The position numbers and the translations under genes were made by a program. Positions 46,359 through 57,781 of a DNA stretch of 64,000 bases are shown here, in pieces. The stretch covers positions 62,001 to 126,000 of the forward strand of contig BAAIJX010000037.1 in NCBI GenBank assembly GCA_054600435.1, read 5' to 3'. The notes below the pieces were generated by a model. It was given only the letters and a program-made list of their open reading frames with translations. It was not told the origin of the DNA and did not search any database. This stretch comes from Neophaeotheca triangularis. Lineage: Eukaryota. Position 1 is the first letter of the stretch, and every line of letters starts with the position of its first letter.

Positions 46359-48263
46359 TCAACCCCACCCTCCCATCCCCTTCTTTACCCCTACAACAAC
46401 CAAATTTCTAGGGCTAAGCCCATAATCAAAAACCGCCTCGACCCACGCCTCCCCAACCATCTCCTGCTCTCTTAACCACAACCACCGATCCACCACCACC
46501 GCCGCCTCAACAACCCCGGCCGAAAAAGCCATCAAACTCCACAGAACACTCAGCTCTTTATGCCTCTCCCTATAATCAACCTCATAAGCCTCGATAGTCT
46601 GATCCGACAAGTGCGCAGTCTTCTCCCTAAACAATTGCCCCCTCTCTCCCTCACTCTCGGCCGTCAATTTGTCCAACGCGGCTCGCACGTAGGTTAGGAA
46701 AGTGTCGTAGCAGCTTTTGCGGAGGCTGCCGATGACAATGGGGGTGCCGGAGCTGTGGCCCGCGGGGCTGCAGCCACTGGCGGTCGTCGCGAGGGATGGG
46801 TCGGGGGAGGGCACGATGCCCAGGTCTAGGAAGATGCGTTGTAGGAGGGCGCGGTAGAAGTGACGTTTGAAGAATCCGGGGCTGTCGTGTTGTCCCCAAT
46901 TGCGCGGGGCTTGGACGGCCATCATGCGGGCGGTGATATTGAGGCGGACGCCGCGGTCGGGGTCTTCGTTTTTGTGGCTTGTGCTGTTTGATGGCGGTGT
47001 GTAGGTGCAGAAGCGCTCGCTCATGGGGAAACCGTGCGGGTCGCAGGCTGTGGCTAATTTCTCCAGGCGTGGGTGGGCCTTGGGGCGGAGTTCAGGGAGT
47101 TTGAAGGTCGGGGGGTTCAGGCGCTCTGTTATGAGGTTGTAGCAGCAGCCTACCATTGCTACGGCTTTGACCGAGGGGTTGAGGGTGAGAGAGCGTAGGC
47201 CGTGGTGGACGAGGTTGCCGCAGGAGTGGAGGGACATTACTAGGAGGTTTTGTGGTTGGGCCTTAGAGGGGAGCACGGTTGCGGGTGCGAAGCCTGGGGT
47301 TGACTGTGTGGGTTTGGCGGATACTTCCGTGCTGGTAGTCGCTGATGACGGGACGATCTGCTCGACAACGTCGCTCAGGTTGCCATCCTCAATCCTGTGG
47401 GAGATGTACTGAATAGTCCCTTCGCCTTCTGCGGAAATTTGCACAGCTGGCTTCTTGCCATCTGCGTCAGCCTCCGATGGTGGCATCGGTAAACCCTTCC
47501 CATCGTCCGGCGTCTCAAGCCCAGCGCGGAACGTTTTCTTATTCCGCATAATCTTCTCCTTCTTCGCCAACCTGGCCTTGACATCTAGGTCTCTCGCAGC
47601 GGTAACGTTATGCTCTCGGCTCTCAATCGCAACAATATGCTTGTTATACGGCTGCGAAGCAAGTGCCCTACCCAAGTAATTCTGACCAGAACCGTAATCC
47701 ACCAAATGCGAGATCTCCTCACCAGTGGAGGAGGAAATGGAAGAGGTAAGGTCGTTCAAGTAGGAAGCGAACACACCCACCTCGTGGACTTTCTTCACCT
47801 TCATGCCAAGAGAGACGTGCCGCGCCATGGGCTTTTCTCTTTCGGCCTCTGTTTGAGGCGTTGGAGCGTCTCGTTGTAGGAGGTGTTTCCGCACGAGTCG
47901 AATGTACGCGATCAAGCTTGATGGCGGTTGGGGGCCTTCTCGCCATGATTCTTCCTCCGAGGAATCGAAAATGCTCAGATCCTCTCGCATGAGGAGGTGC
48001 AAAATGTTCATCATGTTGTGTTTCCGGAAGAAGTGACGCCAGTCCTCTGGAACCACTTGAGAGTAGAGATCTGGCGTGCTCGTGAAAAAGTCCAGAATGT
48101 GCACGCCTCCGCATAGTGTCCTGAGAAGATGGTGAGTGCCCACTAAATCTAGTAGCGATTCTACATATTCTTCAGAATTGGTAAAGGCATCCCCGTGTGG
48201 TAAGGACTTTTCTGGTCCTATTCTCGAAGTTTTGTCTTCTGGTTGGGATTGGGTTTCATCCAT
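46359..48263 (-). CDS. SAM-dependent methyltransferase, METTL25/RRNAD1-like (Methyltransf_32)
   Basis: LCGGVHILDFF, GMKVKKVHEV, VDYGSGQNYLGR, SLHSCGNL, GCCYNL, VVDRWLWL, VFDYGLSPRN. Confidence 0.9.
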   Translation of the reverse strand: MDETQSQPEDKTSRIGPEKSLPHGDAFTNSEEYVESLLDLVGTHHLLRTLCGGVHILDFFTSTPDLYSQVVPEDWRHFFRKHNMMNILHLLMREDLSIFDSSEEESWREGPQPPSSLIAYIRLVRKHLLQRDAPTPQTEAEREKPMARHVSLGMKVKKVHEVGVFASYLNDLTSSISSSTGEEISHLVDYGSGQNYLGRALASQPYNKHIVAIESREHNVTAARDLDVKARLAKKEKIMRNKKTFRAGLETPDDGKGLPMPPSEADADGKKPAVQISAEGEGTIQYISHRIEDGNLSDVVEQIVPSSATTSTEVSAKPTQSTPGFAPATVLPSKAQPQNLLVMSLHSCGNLVHHGLRSLTLNPSVKAVAMVGCCYNLITERLNPPTFKLPELRPKAHPRLEKLATACDPHGFPMSERFCTYTPPSNSTSHKNEDPDRGVRLNITARMMAVQAPRNWGQHDSPGFFKRHFYRALLQRIFLDLGIVPSPDPSLATTASGCSPAGHSSGTPIVIGSLRKSCYDTFLTYVRAALDKLTAESEGERGQLFREKTAHLSDQTIEAYEVDYRERHKELSVLWSLMAFSAGVVEAAVVVDRWLWLREQEMVGEAWVEAVFDYGLSPRNLVVVGVKKGMGGWG

Positions 48264-48612
48264 GATCGTAGTATGGTGTATCTTCTGGCAGTTTTCGAGA
48301 GCTATATCGCATATCACTTCGGAAGTTGCTCGTCGATCGGGACCCAATGACCGGAACGTCAATTGCCTTGTTGAATGTTGATCATCATTTTTGGTTAAAA
48401 AGAAGTTTGGATGAAGTTTGAAGCTTCCCCAGATCCAATTGAGTTGCACCGCCACAGCTCTCCAACTCGCCCTGACCAGCTTCCAGACTCGACATCCGAC
48501 AATCTCAACATACATCGCACACCCACTCGACTACACAATTGCACACACTAAAGCCCATCTCAAAGAGTAGGCTTTCCAACGCTTCCATCAAATACGAAGT
48601 CAACCACCCAAT

Positions 48613-49411
48613 ATGTCCGACAACGACCCATTCCTCCAAGTTCAATCCGACGTCCTCTCCCTCCTCGACACCACCCGGCCCCTCTTCAGCAGCTACCTCC
48701 GCATCCGGGCATCCGCCTCCTCTCCCAACTCCCCGGAACTCAAAGAAGCGCGATCTGAACTCGAAAGCACTCTGACAGACCTCTCGACCGACCTACAAGA
48801 CCTCATCGACAGCGTCAAAGCCGTCGAGCACGACCCTTACAAATACGGCCTCGACGTGCCTGAAGTCGCGCGCAGACGCAAGCTCGTCGAGGATGTGGGC
48901 AGAGAGGTGGAGGACATGCACACGCAGCTGGCGCAGACGGTGCACGCTGCTGATGCCAAAAAAGGGGCCGGGTCGACGGCTGGGTTGGCGCACCCGGATG
49001 CCTTTCTCGCTGATGATGATGATAATGATGGGGATGGTGGGTATGGGCAGTGGGAGGAGCAGAGGCAACAGGAGATTATGCATGAGCAGGATGAGGCACT
49101 TGATGGGGTTTTCCAGACGGTGGGGAATTTGAGGTTGCAGGCTGATACTATGGGGAGGGAGTTGGAAGAGCAGGCGGAGATGTTGGAGGAGGTTGATACG
49201 GTTACTGATCGTGTACAGGGAAAGTTGGGGCAGGGAATGAAAAAGATTGGGTTCGTGATTAGGAAGAATGAAGGTGAGTCTGGACGATCGTTGGGGAAAC
49301 ATGAAGGGAGGGTGATGCTAACTGGTTGTTGCAGATCGCTGGTCTAGCTGCTGCATTGCTGTGCTCATTTTTGTGCTCATTCTGCTGCTCATTTTAGTAC
49401 TCGTACTATGA
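48613..49411 (+). CDS. TLG1: t-SNARE Tlg1/syntaxin-6; intron 49274-49334
   Basis: DPFLQVQ N-terminal domain, EQDEALD...MGRELEEQ SNARE motif, C-terminal WSSCCIAVLIFVLILLLILVLVL anchor. Confidence 0.94.
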
Positions 49412-49588
49412 AAGAGTCCGGACGATGTTGCGATTGTTACATTGAGGTGTTGAGCAACCAACTCGACCCAGCTGCCAAGGCATGCACCGCCACACTTGGC
49501 CCTCAGCTGGGTCGTCCCCAGCTTGAGCATGCATCAGGACTCGAGACAACAAGCCAACAACTACCGACCTGATGTAACATCAACAGAC

Positions 49589-50167
49589 ATGCCTGAAGAG
49601 CGTATGTGTAAACCTCATATACTCGATTGACTGAACGCCACTAAGAAAACCCCAGGCACTAACCCACTCCTCCAACAAACCGCGCTCCGCGTCAACCCTT
49701 TCATAGACCTGCCAACGGCGCCCACCCTCCCACACAACTACGCCTCGCTTCCCTCAACCTTGCCCCCATCAACCCTCAACGCTGCACCCGCAGCTTCCGC
49801 CCCCGAACTCCCCGCCTATGTCACCAGTTCCTCAGGCTTCGCAGCCCACCCTTCAACCATTCGCGCACAGAACGAGGCATTACTCAAAGGCATTGAAGAC
49901 CAAAAGCGGGCAGCGGCGGAGCGAGTGCGGAGTTGGGAAAAGGGAATTGAGGAGAGGGAATTGGCGGAGAAGCGGAGGAAGGCGCCGGGATGGCTGGATA
50001 GTGAAGTCAAGGTGTTGGAGCCTGAGAAGGCGAAGAAAGAGGATGAGGATCGTGCCGGTGTGAATTTGATGGATGAGCCTGAGGCTGGTCCGGGTGGTCA
50101 GGCACAGGAACAGAAGAGTGTGGACGAGCTGGGGGAGGCTATGGATCGGGCATTTGGGAGGACGTGA
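49589..50167 (+). CDS. small fungal hypothetical protein; intron 49602-49655
   Basis: ATG-CCT-GAA-GAG-C|GTATGT...CAG joins ORF 49760 in frame. Motifs NPLL, YASLPSTLPPS, EKRRKAPGWLD, LGEAMDRAFG. Confidence 0.75.
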
Positions 50168-51229
50168 GACTGGGTGAAGATGGGGGCCGAGGGGAAAAAG
50201 CTTCTGAGGGCAAACGGTGGGCTCGCGCGGAGAGCTGGGAAAGGTGGTGCATGAGGGATATACTGCGTTTCCGAAATCAACACCGGACGGTGCATAGGTG
50301 GGTTGTGTACAAGTGAATCCAATGCCCATTCTCGGAAAGGGCTCGTATTGTGGACATGGTGTGATGAGTCCGTGGAGGCAGCAATAATACATCTGCATAA
50401 TATGCCGCTCGACACGGCAATATCTTTTCCTCATCAGCAGTCGTCGACGTCTACTTCTGCAGCGCCGCCGTTCTGAGCCCCACCGTGTCTGGCATGCGCG
50501 CTGGATTCGTGAATCTAATTCGTCCATTGTCGGATCGTGATGAGCTGATGCCCCTCCGACAAAGCGACCGACATACTGCGAGAAAGCGGCTTGCGGGTTT
50601 TGGCTTTGATGCTTACCTACCCCGCCGAGAGACAGTGGAGCTTGCTGCCACTCTGAAGCTCAAGCGATGGAAACGGAGCCTTTTTCGGCGTCTTCAAAGC
50701 CTCGCCAAGCCCGCCCGACCCCGCCAACACTCCGCCAAACCGTTGCTTCTCCCGACTTCATCACCTCCCGTCAGTGTCATCTTTGCTACCTCACCCACAC
50801 GATTCGTCCGCAGGGGTGCTGTAGACGGGGGACTCGTACTACTGACTATTGTGAGGGGAAGGTCACGCTTAGCAATAGCAGTTTTTCGAGCTGCAGACCC
50901 GCATCATACATCCCGCATCCTTTGCGGATCCCCCGTGGAGCCCACGAGTGTGGGCCTGAGTCTGACTTCACGTTGCTCTTCACGCTTCTTCATCTACTGG
51001 AGTCTCTGTGCGGAATGGTGATGCTCCGCTTCTACATGAGCGAGCATTACCATCTGGCTCGACTAGTGGCTCCTCTATATGCATGCCTCGGTGGGGAAGG
51101 TGAGTACTGATCGCGAGAGGTAGGTAAGGTGAAGAAGGCAGACGAGGAACAGCTATAAAGCGAGCTTCTCTTCTCTTCCTTTGAGGCAAAGGGGAATATC
51201 ATCCATTTGTTCTCTTATCTCTTCTCAAT

Positions 51230-54200
51230 ATGTTCTCAAAGAAGCTCTGGGTCTCGGCCTTGAGCCTTGCTCTCCCTCTCACTACCTTGGCACAGACTAG
51301 CGACCAAGGCCTTGCCGCCGACGACGCCGAGGGCACTGCTGGCGATAACCCAAGCAGCGACCTTTACGAAAAGGACCTCTCTTCCTGCCCTGGCTACGTA
51401 GCCACCAACCAACGTGGCTCCGATTCAGCCTTCGTCGTCGATCTCTCCCTCGCCGGTGAAGGGTGTAATGTCTTTGGCGATGATTTGCACGACCTTCGTC
51501 TCGAAGTCGAGTACCAAACCGCCGACCGCTTGCACGTCAAGATCTACGATGCCGAGAAGCAGGTCTACCAAATCCCCGACGACGTCTTCCCTCGCCCAGG
51601 ACATGGCCAGTGGTGCGCGCCTCACGACTCTAACCTCAACTTCTACTACCAAGCCGAGCCTTTCGAATTCCAGGTGTCTCGCAGCGACACTGGTGAAGTC
51701 CTCTTCGACACCACCGGCAACAAGCTTGTGTTCGAGACCCAGTATCTGCATCTCAAGACCAACCTTCCGGAAGACCCTCACTTGTACGGTCTAGGCGAGC
51801 ACAGCGACCCCTTTATGCTCAACACCACCGACTACACTCGCACGATCTGGACACGAGACGCTTACGGTACCCCCGAAGGTGAGAACTTGTACGGCGCTCA
51901 CCCCATCTACTTTGACCACCGTTTGAGCGGTACTCATGGAGTTTTCCTGCTCAACTCCAACGGCATGGATATCTATATCGATGACACTGATGGCCAGTCC
52001 TTGGAGTATAACATCATTGGCGGCGTTCTCGACCTTTACTTCTTGGCTGGACCGGGGCCGAGAGAGGTGGCCAAGCAGTATGCTGAGATCACTCAATTGC
52101 CTATCATGACGCCTTACTGGGGGCTTGGGTTCCATCAATGTGAGTCTACATCATGTATCTCGCGGCGATTTTTGCAGTGCTGACATTATCCAGGCAAATA
52201 TGGCTACCGCGACGTCTACCAAGTCGCGGCTGTTGTTGCCAACTACAGCGAGGCAGACATTCCTCTCGAAGTTATGTGGACCGACATCGATTATATGGAG
52301 CTCCGTCGTACTTTCACTCTTGACCCAGAGCGCTTCCCGATCAATCTCGTCAATGACCTGGTCGATACTCTGCACGAGCGTGACCAGCATTATATTGTGA
52401 TGGTTGATCCCGCAATGTGGAGCGGTGGACCCAACTACGCTCGTGACTCTGGAATCGAGGCTGGCGCGTTCATGCAAGATACTAACGGGTCCATCTACGA
52501 GGGTGTGGTCTGGCCTGGCACTACCTATTTCCCCGACTGGTTCACGCCTATCACACAGCAATGGTGGGATGAGAACTTCCTACGCTTCTTCGACGGCAAA
52601 GACAATGGCCCTGACATCGACGCCCTCTGGATTGACATGAACGAGCCGGCCAACTTCTGCAACCGTCCATACCCTTGCGAGAACCCGGCAAGATTTGCCG
52701 AGGAGAACGACAACCCTCCCGCCCCGCCGCCTGTCCGTGATGGTCCAGATGCTTACATCCCAGGCTTCCCTGCCAGTCTGCAAGGCAACCTCGCCAACCC
52801 CGACACCGACACGAAGCTGAAGCCCAGACAAGCCCACGGCAAGCACGGCGGCCAACGCGGCCACGGACGTTCCGGACACCAAGGCGGCCGCTGGAACCAC
52901 CAAAACCAACACTGGGGCCAAGGCGGCTGGAACCAACATGGCCCCCACCCCTCGTGGCAGAACAACAAAGCTTCTGGCTCCGGCTGCGGCCCCAGCGAAT
53001 GCCGCGGTCTCCCCAACCGCGAGTACATCCTCCCGCCCTACATGATCCAAAACGGCGCCGGCGAGACGCTGGCTGAGAGCACGGCGGACACGGATCTCGT
53101 GCATAGCAACGGCCTTGTCGAGTACGATGTGCACAACTTGTACGGCACCATGATGTCGACCGCTAGCAAGAACGCCATGTTGGCGCGCAGGCCTGATGAC
53201 AGGCCCCTGGTCATTACGAGGAGCACTTTTGCGGGGGCTGGCAAGGATGTTGCCCATTGGCTTGGAGGTGAGATGATTCTGTCACTGTTCTACCAGGGGT
53301 GACGATGAAATACTGACTTGAGGTGTTTGCAGACAACGTTTCCGGCTGGCAATGGTACCGTGTTTCCATCAGCCAGATCTTGCAATTTGCTTCGCTCTAC
53401 CAAATGCCCATGGTCGGCGCCGACGTCTGTGGTTTCGGCGGCAACGCTACCGAAACGTAAGTCACACTTCACGCAAAAGCCCGGAACCACCACAAGACGC
53501 ACAACATGCTAACAACAGTCTTAGCCTCTGCGCTCGCTGGGCCTCCCTCGGCGCCTTCTATACTTTCTACCGCAACCACGCCGAAATCAGCAGCATCTCG
53601 CAAGAATTCTACCGCTGGCCGCTCGTCGCCTCCGCCGCGCGCAACGCCATCAGCATTCGCTACCGCCTCCTCGACTACATCTACACAGCCTTTTACCAAC
53701 AAACGCAGACGGGAAGCCCCTGCCTCAACCCCCTCTTCTTCAACTACCCCTCCGACACCAACACCTTCCCCGTCGACCTCCAATTCTTCTACGGCGACAG
53801 CATCCTCGTCTCGCCCGTCACGGAAGAAAACTCCACAGCCCTAACCTTCTACCTCCCCGACGACATCTTCTACGACTTCACCACGGGCGCGCCTGTCCGC
53901 GGCGAGGGCGCTTACCTCTCTGTCGACGTGCCCATGGACGAAATCCTCGTCCACTACAAAGGCGGCGCCATTGTGCCCCAGCGCGCCGAAAGCGCCAACA
54001 CCACCACCGCTCTCCGCCAGCAGGGTTTCAACATCGTCGTCGCTCCGGATCTCGACGGCAACGCTTCCGGCAGCTTGTACCTCGATGACGGCAACAGCCT
54101 GCACCAGGCCGCCGTTAGCGAGGTCGAGTTTGAGTATCGCGATGGCTGGTTTAGGATGTTTGGAGCTTTTGGCTATGAGGCTGAGGTTGGGATTGAGACT

Positions 54201-54332
54201 GTTACCGTTTTGGGACTGCGGGAGGCGCCCGAGGCTATGGCTGAGGGCGATGAGTTTGATGCTGAGACTGGGAAGTTGGTGTTGCAGGTTGATGTGCCGT
54301 TGACCGGGGAGTGGGAGGGGAAGATTTGTTAG
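51230..54332 (+). CDS. secreted GH31 alpha-glucosidase; introns 52140-52193, 53268-53332, 53457-53524
   Basis: Signal peptide, CPGY, LYGLGEH, NLYGAHP, GFHQCKYGY, nucleophile WIDMNE, acid/base [31 protein letters not shown]. Confidence 0.96.
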
Positions 54333-54669
54333 ATGGGGGGTTTGTTGAGGGGGAAGATGAGGGAGTGGATTGATTAGGTGGAGATCTTCCGTGTTGCTTG
54401 AGTTGTTGTTCGATCTTGTATGTATCGTTCATTTCGAATTGACGAATGGAACTGTTTTGTCTGTCGTGTTTGGAGAATATCATAATCCTGATGCTTTGTA
54501 CAAGTACTCGGCTTTCTCTCAGCCTGTGGAATATTCATCCTGAAAGTGGTGTATATAATCTTCGATTTGCCCACATTTGAGAGCGGGAGATACCTGGAGC
54601 TCTCGCTGTGTTCATGCTGAAGACAGCATTTGCACTTTCTTTACCAACAAGCGCCCACACTTTTCGAAT

Positions 54670-55692
54670 TCAACCCTCGAACGTCAAAACCCAAGCATCG
54701 TCCAAACGCTCATTGCTCTCCCCCAACCCGCCGGCAACAACAACACCTTGCCCATCGCCCAAAACATCAGCCCCAAACCAACCCCTAGCTTCCGGGCCCT
54801 CATCCCCAACCTCGACCTCCTCCCACTTTCTCCCCTCAACATCAAAAGCCCACACATCCCCCAACATCTTGCCCGCCCCTTTATGCCCAAGGGCACTAGG
54901 ATCGCTCTCGCCAAAACACGTAACCAACCACGGCCTTCCCTCGATCCTGACCGGCAAAAGCGCCGCCACGCTCCTCGCACCCGGTCCCCGGCTCCCATCC
55001 GCCACAAACCCTAAACTCTCCCACACATCCCGCGTCGGTTCATAAACCTCCAAACTCCCCCCAACTTCATTCTGTCCATCAAAGCCATTCATCCGCCACA
55101 ACCTGCCCCCACACCACGCAACGCTCGTGCCGCCCCTCTCAGCCCCCGGCGCCGGCGTAAGCTCCTTCCACTCCCTACCACCGACATCAAACCGCCACAA
55201 GTCCCTCAACCGGCCTTTGACCGGACACCCCGCGTGCAGGTACAAATGCCCACTGTCCGGATCCGCGGCCATGGCGTGGTAGCTCCTCGCCTCGGGGACC
55301 GCGGCTGCGGGGTCTTTGGGCTGGATGAGTTCCCAGGATGCCGAGTTCTGCGGGTCGAAACACCAGACTCCGCCGCTTTCGTCCAGGCAGTCCATGCTCT
55401 CCCCTCCGCGGCCGGAGAAGAGGTAGAGTTTGCCGTTGAGAGCGGTTGAAGCGGTTCCCACGCGGGGTGCTGGGGCGGGGGAAGGGGTGGGGAGGGTTGT
55501 GAGGGCTGTGGCCGGGGAGTTGGAGGAGATGTTGAGGCCGGGGAGGGTGTGCAGAGCGTTGTCGCGGGGTTGGCGGGGGAGCAGCTCGCCGCCGAAGATG
55601 TGGGCGGTCAGGGGCGAAGGGAGGACGGTGAGGGTGTGGGAGGAGCGTCTGAGAGCCTCGTTGGTGGCGATGTTGGTCCAGTTGGCGCGCAT
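54670..55692 (-). CDS. kelch-repeat beta-propeller protein (nitrile-specifier-protein-like family)
   Basis: Repeated R-x-x-H/GG...W blades: RSSH..FGGELLPR, PRVG..FSGRGG, ARSYH..HAGCP, RGGT..MNGFDG, ARSV..FGESDPS..GH.GAG, RGWF..GGL. Confidence 0.88.
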   Translation of the reverse strand: MRANWTNIATNEALRRSSHTLTVLPSPLTAHIFGGELLPRQPRDNALHTLPGLNISSNSPATALTTLPTPSPAPAPRVGTASTALNGKLYLFSGRGGESMDCLDESGGVWCFDPQNSASWELIQPKDPAAAVPEARSYHAMAADPDSGHLYLHAGCPVKGRLRDLWRFDVGGREWKELTPAPGAERGGTSVAWCGGRLWRMNGFDGQNEVGGSLEVYEPTRDVWESLGFVADGSRGPGARSVAALLPVRIEGRPWLVTCFGESDPSALGHKGAGKMLGDVWAFDVEGRKWEEVEVGDEGPEARGWFGADVLGDGQGVVVAGGLGESNERLDDAWVLTFEG

Positions 55693-56368
55693 GGTTGGAT
55701 TCTGTAGAGTGAGAGTGGTGTAAGGGAGGTTTGGTTGGAGGTGATGGGACTGTTGTGGGAGGGGAGGAGGCTGGAGAGGGGGTGGTTGTTTAATACTTAT
55801 CTGAAGATTCGGTGTATGTACCTATGTTGTCATTGATACCTTAGCTACCTTAGGTTATCGTGCAGTCCAATCCACCTGGGCAGCCATCGAATGGGACGAA
55901 GCGAGGATGATGTTCGACTTTGGACACCTTGATGGGTGTTGGTAGCCTAAGGCATTAACTCCTCTCATAGCCTACGTAGGTCAGTTGAGGCGACGAATTT
56001 ACGTCCCGCGGAGTTGTTGAACTCGAGTCGCAGCACTTTATGCAGAGAAAAGGTTTCATTTGATGTCTGCGAGTCTTGTGTGTCTCAAGTTTTGATGTTT
56101 GCGACTCAGCCCGACTGTCTCTCTCCATTGTCATGGAGAACTGCGAGGTATCCATTTCTAATCAACTCGATGATCGCGCTGCTTCGGTCTTTGTATCGCG
56201 AGTACCTATGTATGTGACGGTAGGTGGCAGCCGGCTAAAAGGCTCTCTTCCATCTTCGTCCTTCCTGCCTTCACTCTTTACAATTCGGTACAGCACCTTT
56301 GCATGCCGGCACTCCAAAAACGGCTCAAACTCCCACAACTCCAATCCATAAATACATGAACACCACCC

Positions 56369-57406
56369 TCATCCCTCAACCCCCTCCTTCTTCCCGCCCC
56401 TAGAGATCAGCTCCAAAAACCCCTCCTTCCCAGCCTCATCCACCAACTCCTCCCTCTTCCCGTGTCCCACAACACCCTCATCCCTAGCCCCCTTCGCCGC
56501 ATTCTCACTCTTAACCTGCGCAGCCCTAACAGCATTGAAAAGCCTCACAACACCCCTCTGCGCCGTCTTCTTCAACCGCTTCTCCTCCTCAACAACAGCG
56601 CCCGTATCAACGTTCGCATCATCCAGCGCCAAAACGTCCTTGACGCGGCCTTTTTCCAACGCGGCTTTTTTCTCCGACCGGATTTGCGCGCGGGCCTTTT
56701 GCTCGAGTTTTGAATCTGCGAGAGCGCGGTTGGCGGTTGTCGCGTCTTTGGAGCGCGAGAGGACGGGGTCGGTGCGTTTCGCGGTGCTGAGTTTGGTGTC
56801 GAGGATGCGGGAGATGGAGTTGGCGAAGGCCGAAGGGTCGTTGCGCTTTTTGCGCTGGCGGGTGGGGTTGGAGGAGGTCTGGGAGAGGTCGTCGGAGTCG
56901 GCGTCAGAGCCGACGTCGGAGGATGAGGCGTCGGTTGAGGGTGCGTCTTGCGCTACTTCTGTGTCTGCGTCTGTGGGGAGGGCGGAGGGCTCGTCGTCGG
57001 ATGAGGATGTGACTTCTTCGATGGCTGTGGGGATCTCGTCGTCTTCTTCGTCGGAATCGTTGGCGCCCATGTTGAGGGCCGTGTTTGCTTCTAGTTCACT
57101 GACCCCATTTGTCGGCGCCTCTTCATCGTCATCGTCATCGTCGTCTTCTTCCTCCACTTCCACCTTCTCGGCCTTTCCCTTTGGCTTTGGCTCAACGACT
57201 TTGTGTTTTAGGATCGATCTAGGTCGTATCGGCTCTGCATTTGAACCCTCGGCTGCAGCAGCAGTGGCATGTTTATTGATCTTAACACCTCCTTCGTCTT
57301 CGGAAGAGGAACTGTGGTAATCGACCTGTTTTTTGAATTTTCTGGGCTTCTTTTTCGCCGGTCGCACCTCGTCTTCTACTCTTCTTCGTTTTGCCATTGG
57401 TGCCAT
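56369..57406 (-). CDS. RRP15: ribosomal RNA-processing protein Rrp15
   Basis: Acidic N-half; KRNDPSAFANSISRIL, DPVLSRS, EKRLKKTAQRGVVRLFNAVRAAQ, FLELI. Confidence 0.92.
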   Translation of the reverse strand: MAPMAKRRRVEDEVRPAKKKPRKFKKQVDYHSSSSEDEGGVKINKHATAAAAEGSNAEPIRPRSILKHKVVEPKPKGKAEKVEVEEEDDDDDDDEEAPTNGVSELEANTALNMGANDSDEEDDEIPTAIEEVTSSSDDEPSALPTDADTEVAQDAPSTDASSSDVGSDADSDDLSQTSSNPTRQRKKRNDPSAFANSISRILDTKLSTAKRTDPVLSRSKDATTANRALADSKLEQKARAQIRSEKKAALEKGRVKDVLALDDANVDTGAVVEEEKRLKKTAQRGVVRLFNAVRAAQVKSENAAKGARDEGVVGHGKREELVDEAGKEGFLELISRGGKKEGVEG

Positions 57407-57781
57407 ATCGGTAGACGTTTCCAGTTATGCTCTCAGCCAAAACAGGAGAGAGACGATGTCTGCTGTTGTTGCGGGATAACTTATTGATCTTTCGTATGTG
57501 AATGTCGACTAGAAGAAAGTTCGAACTTTTTGGCAGCGGAGGCGGTCGCAAAACATGATTGGCTGCTGTAATGCCGCGCCAGCTCGCGGACGTACTGCAC
57601 GAATGCGGGGCAACGCAACTGCAACGACAGGGCATTCGTCCAGACTGGACACACAATCAATCCATACCACACTTATTGCTCCCTACAACCTCACCTTTCT
57701 CGCCTCTATTTACCTACGCCTTCATTCTCACACTTTATCTTCCTTCTCACCTTCACTCGATCCTCACCAACGCCACCCACC

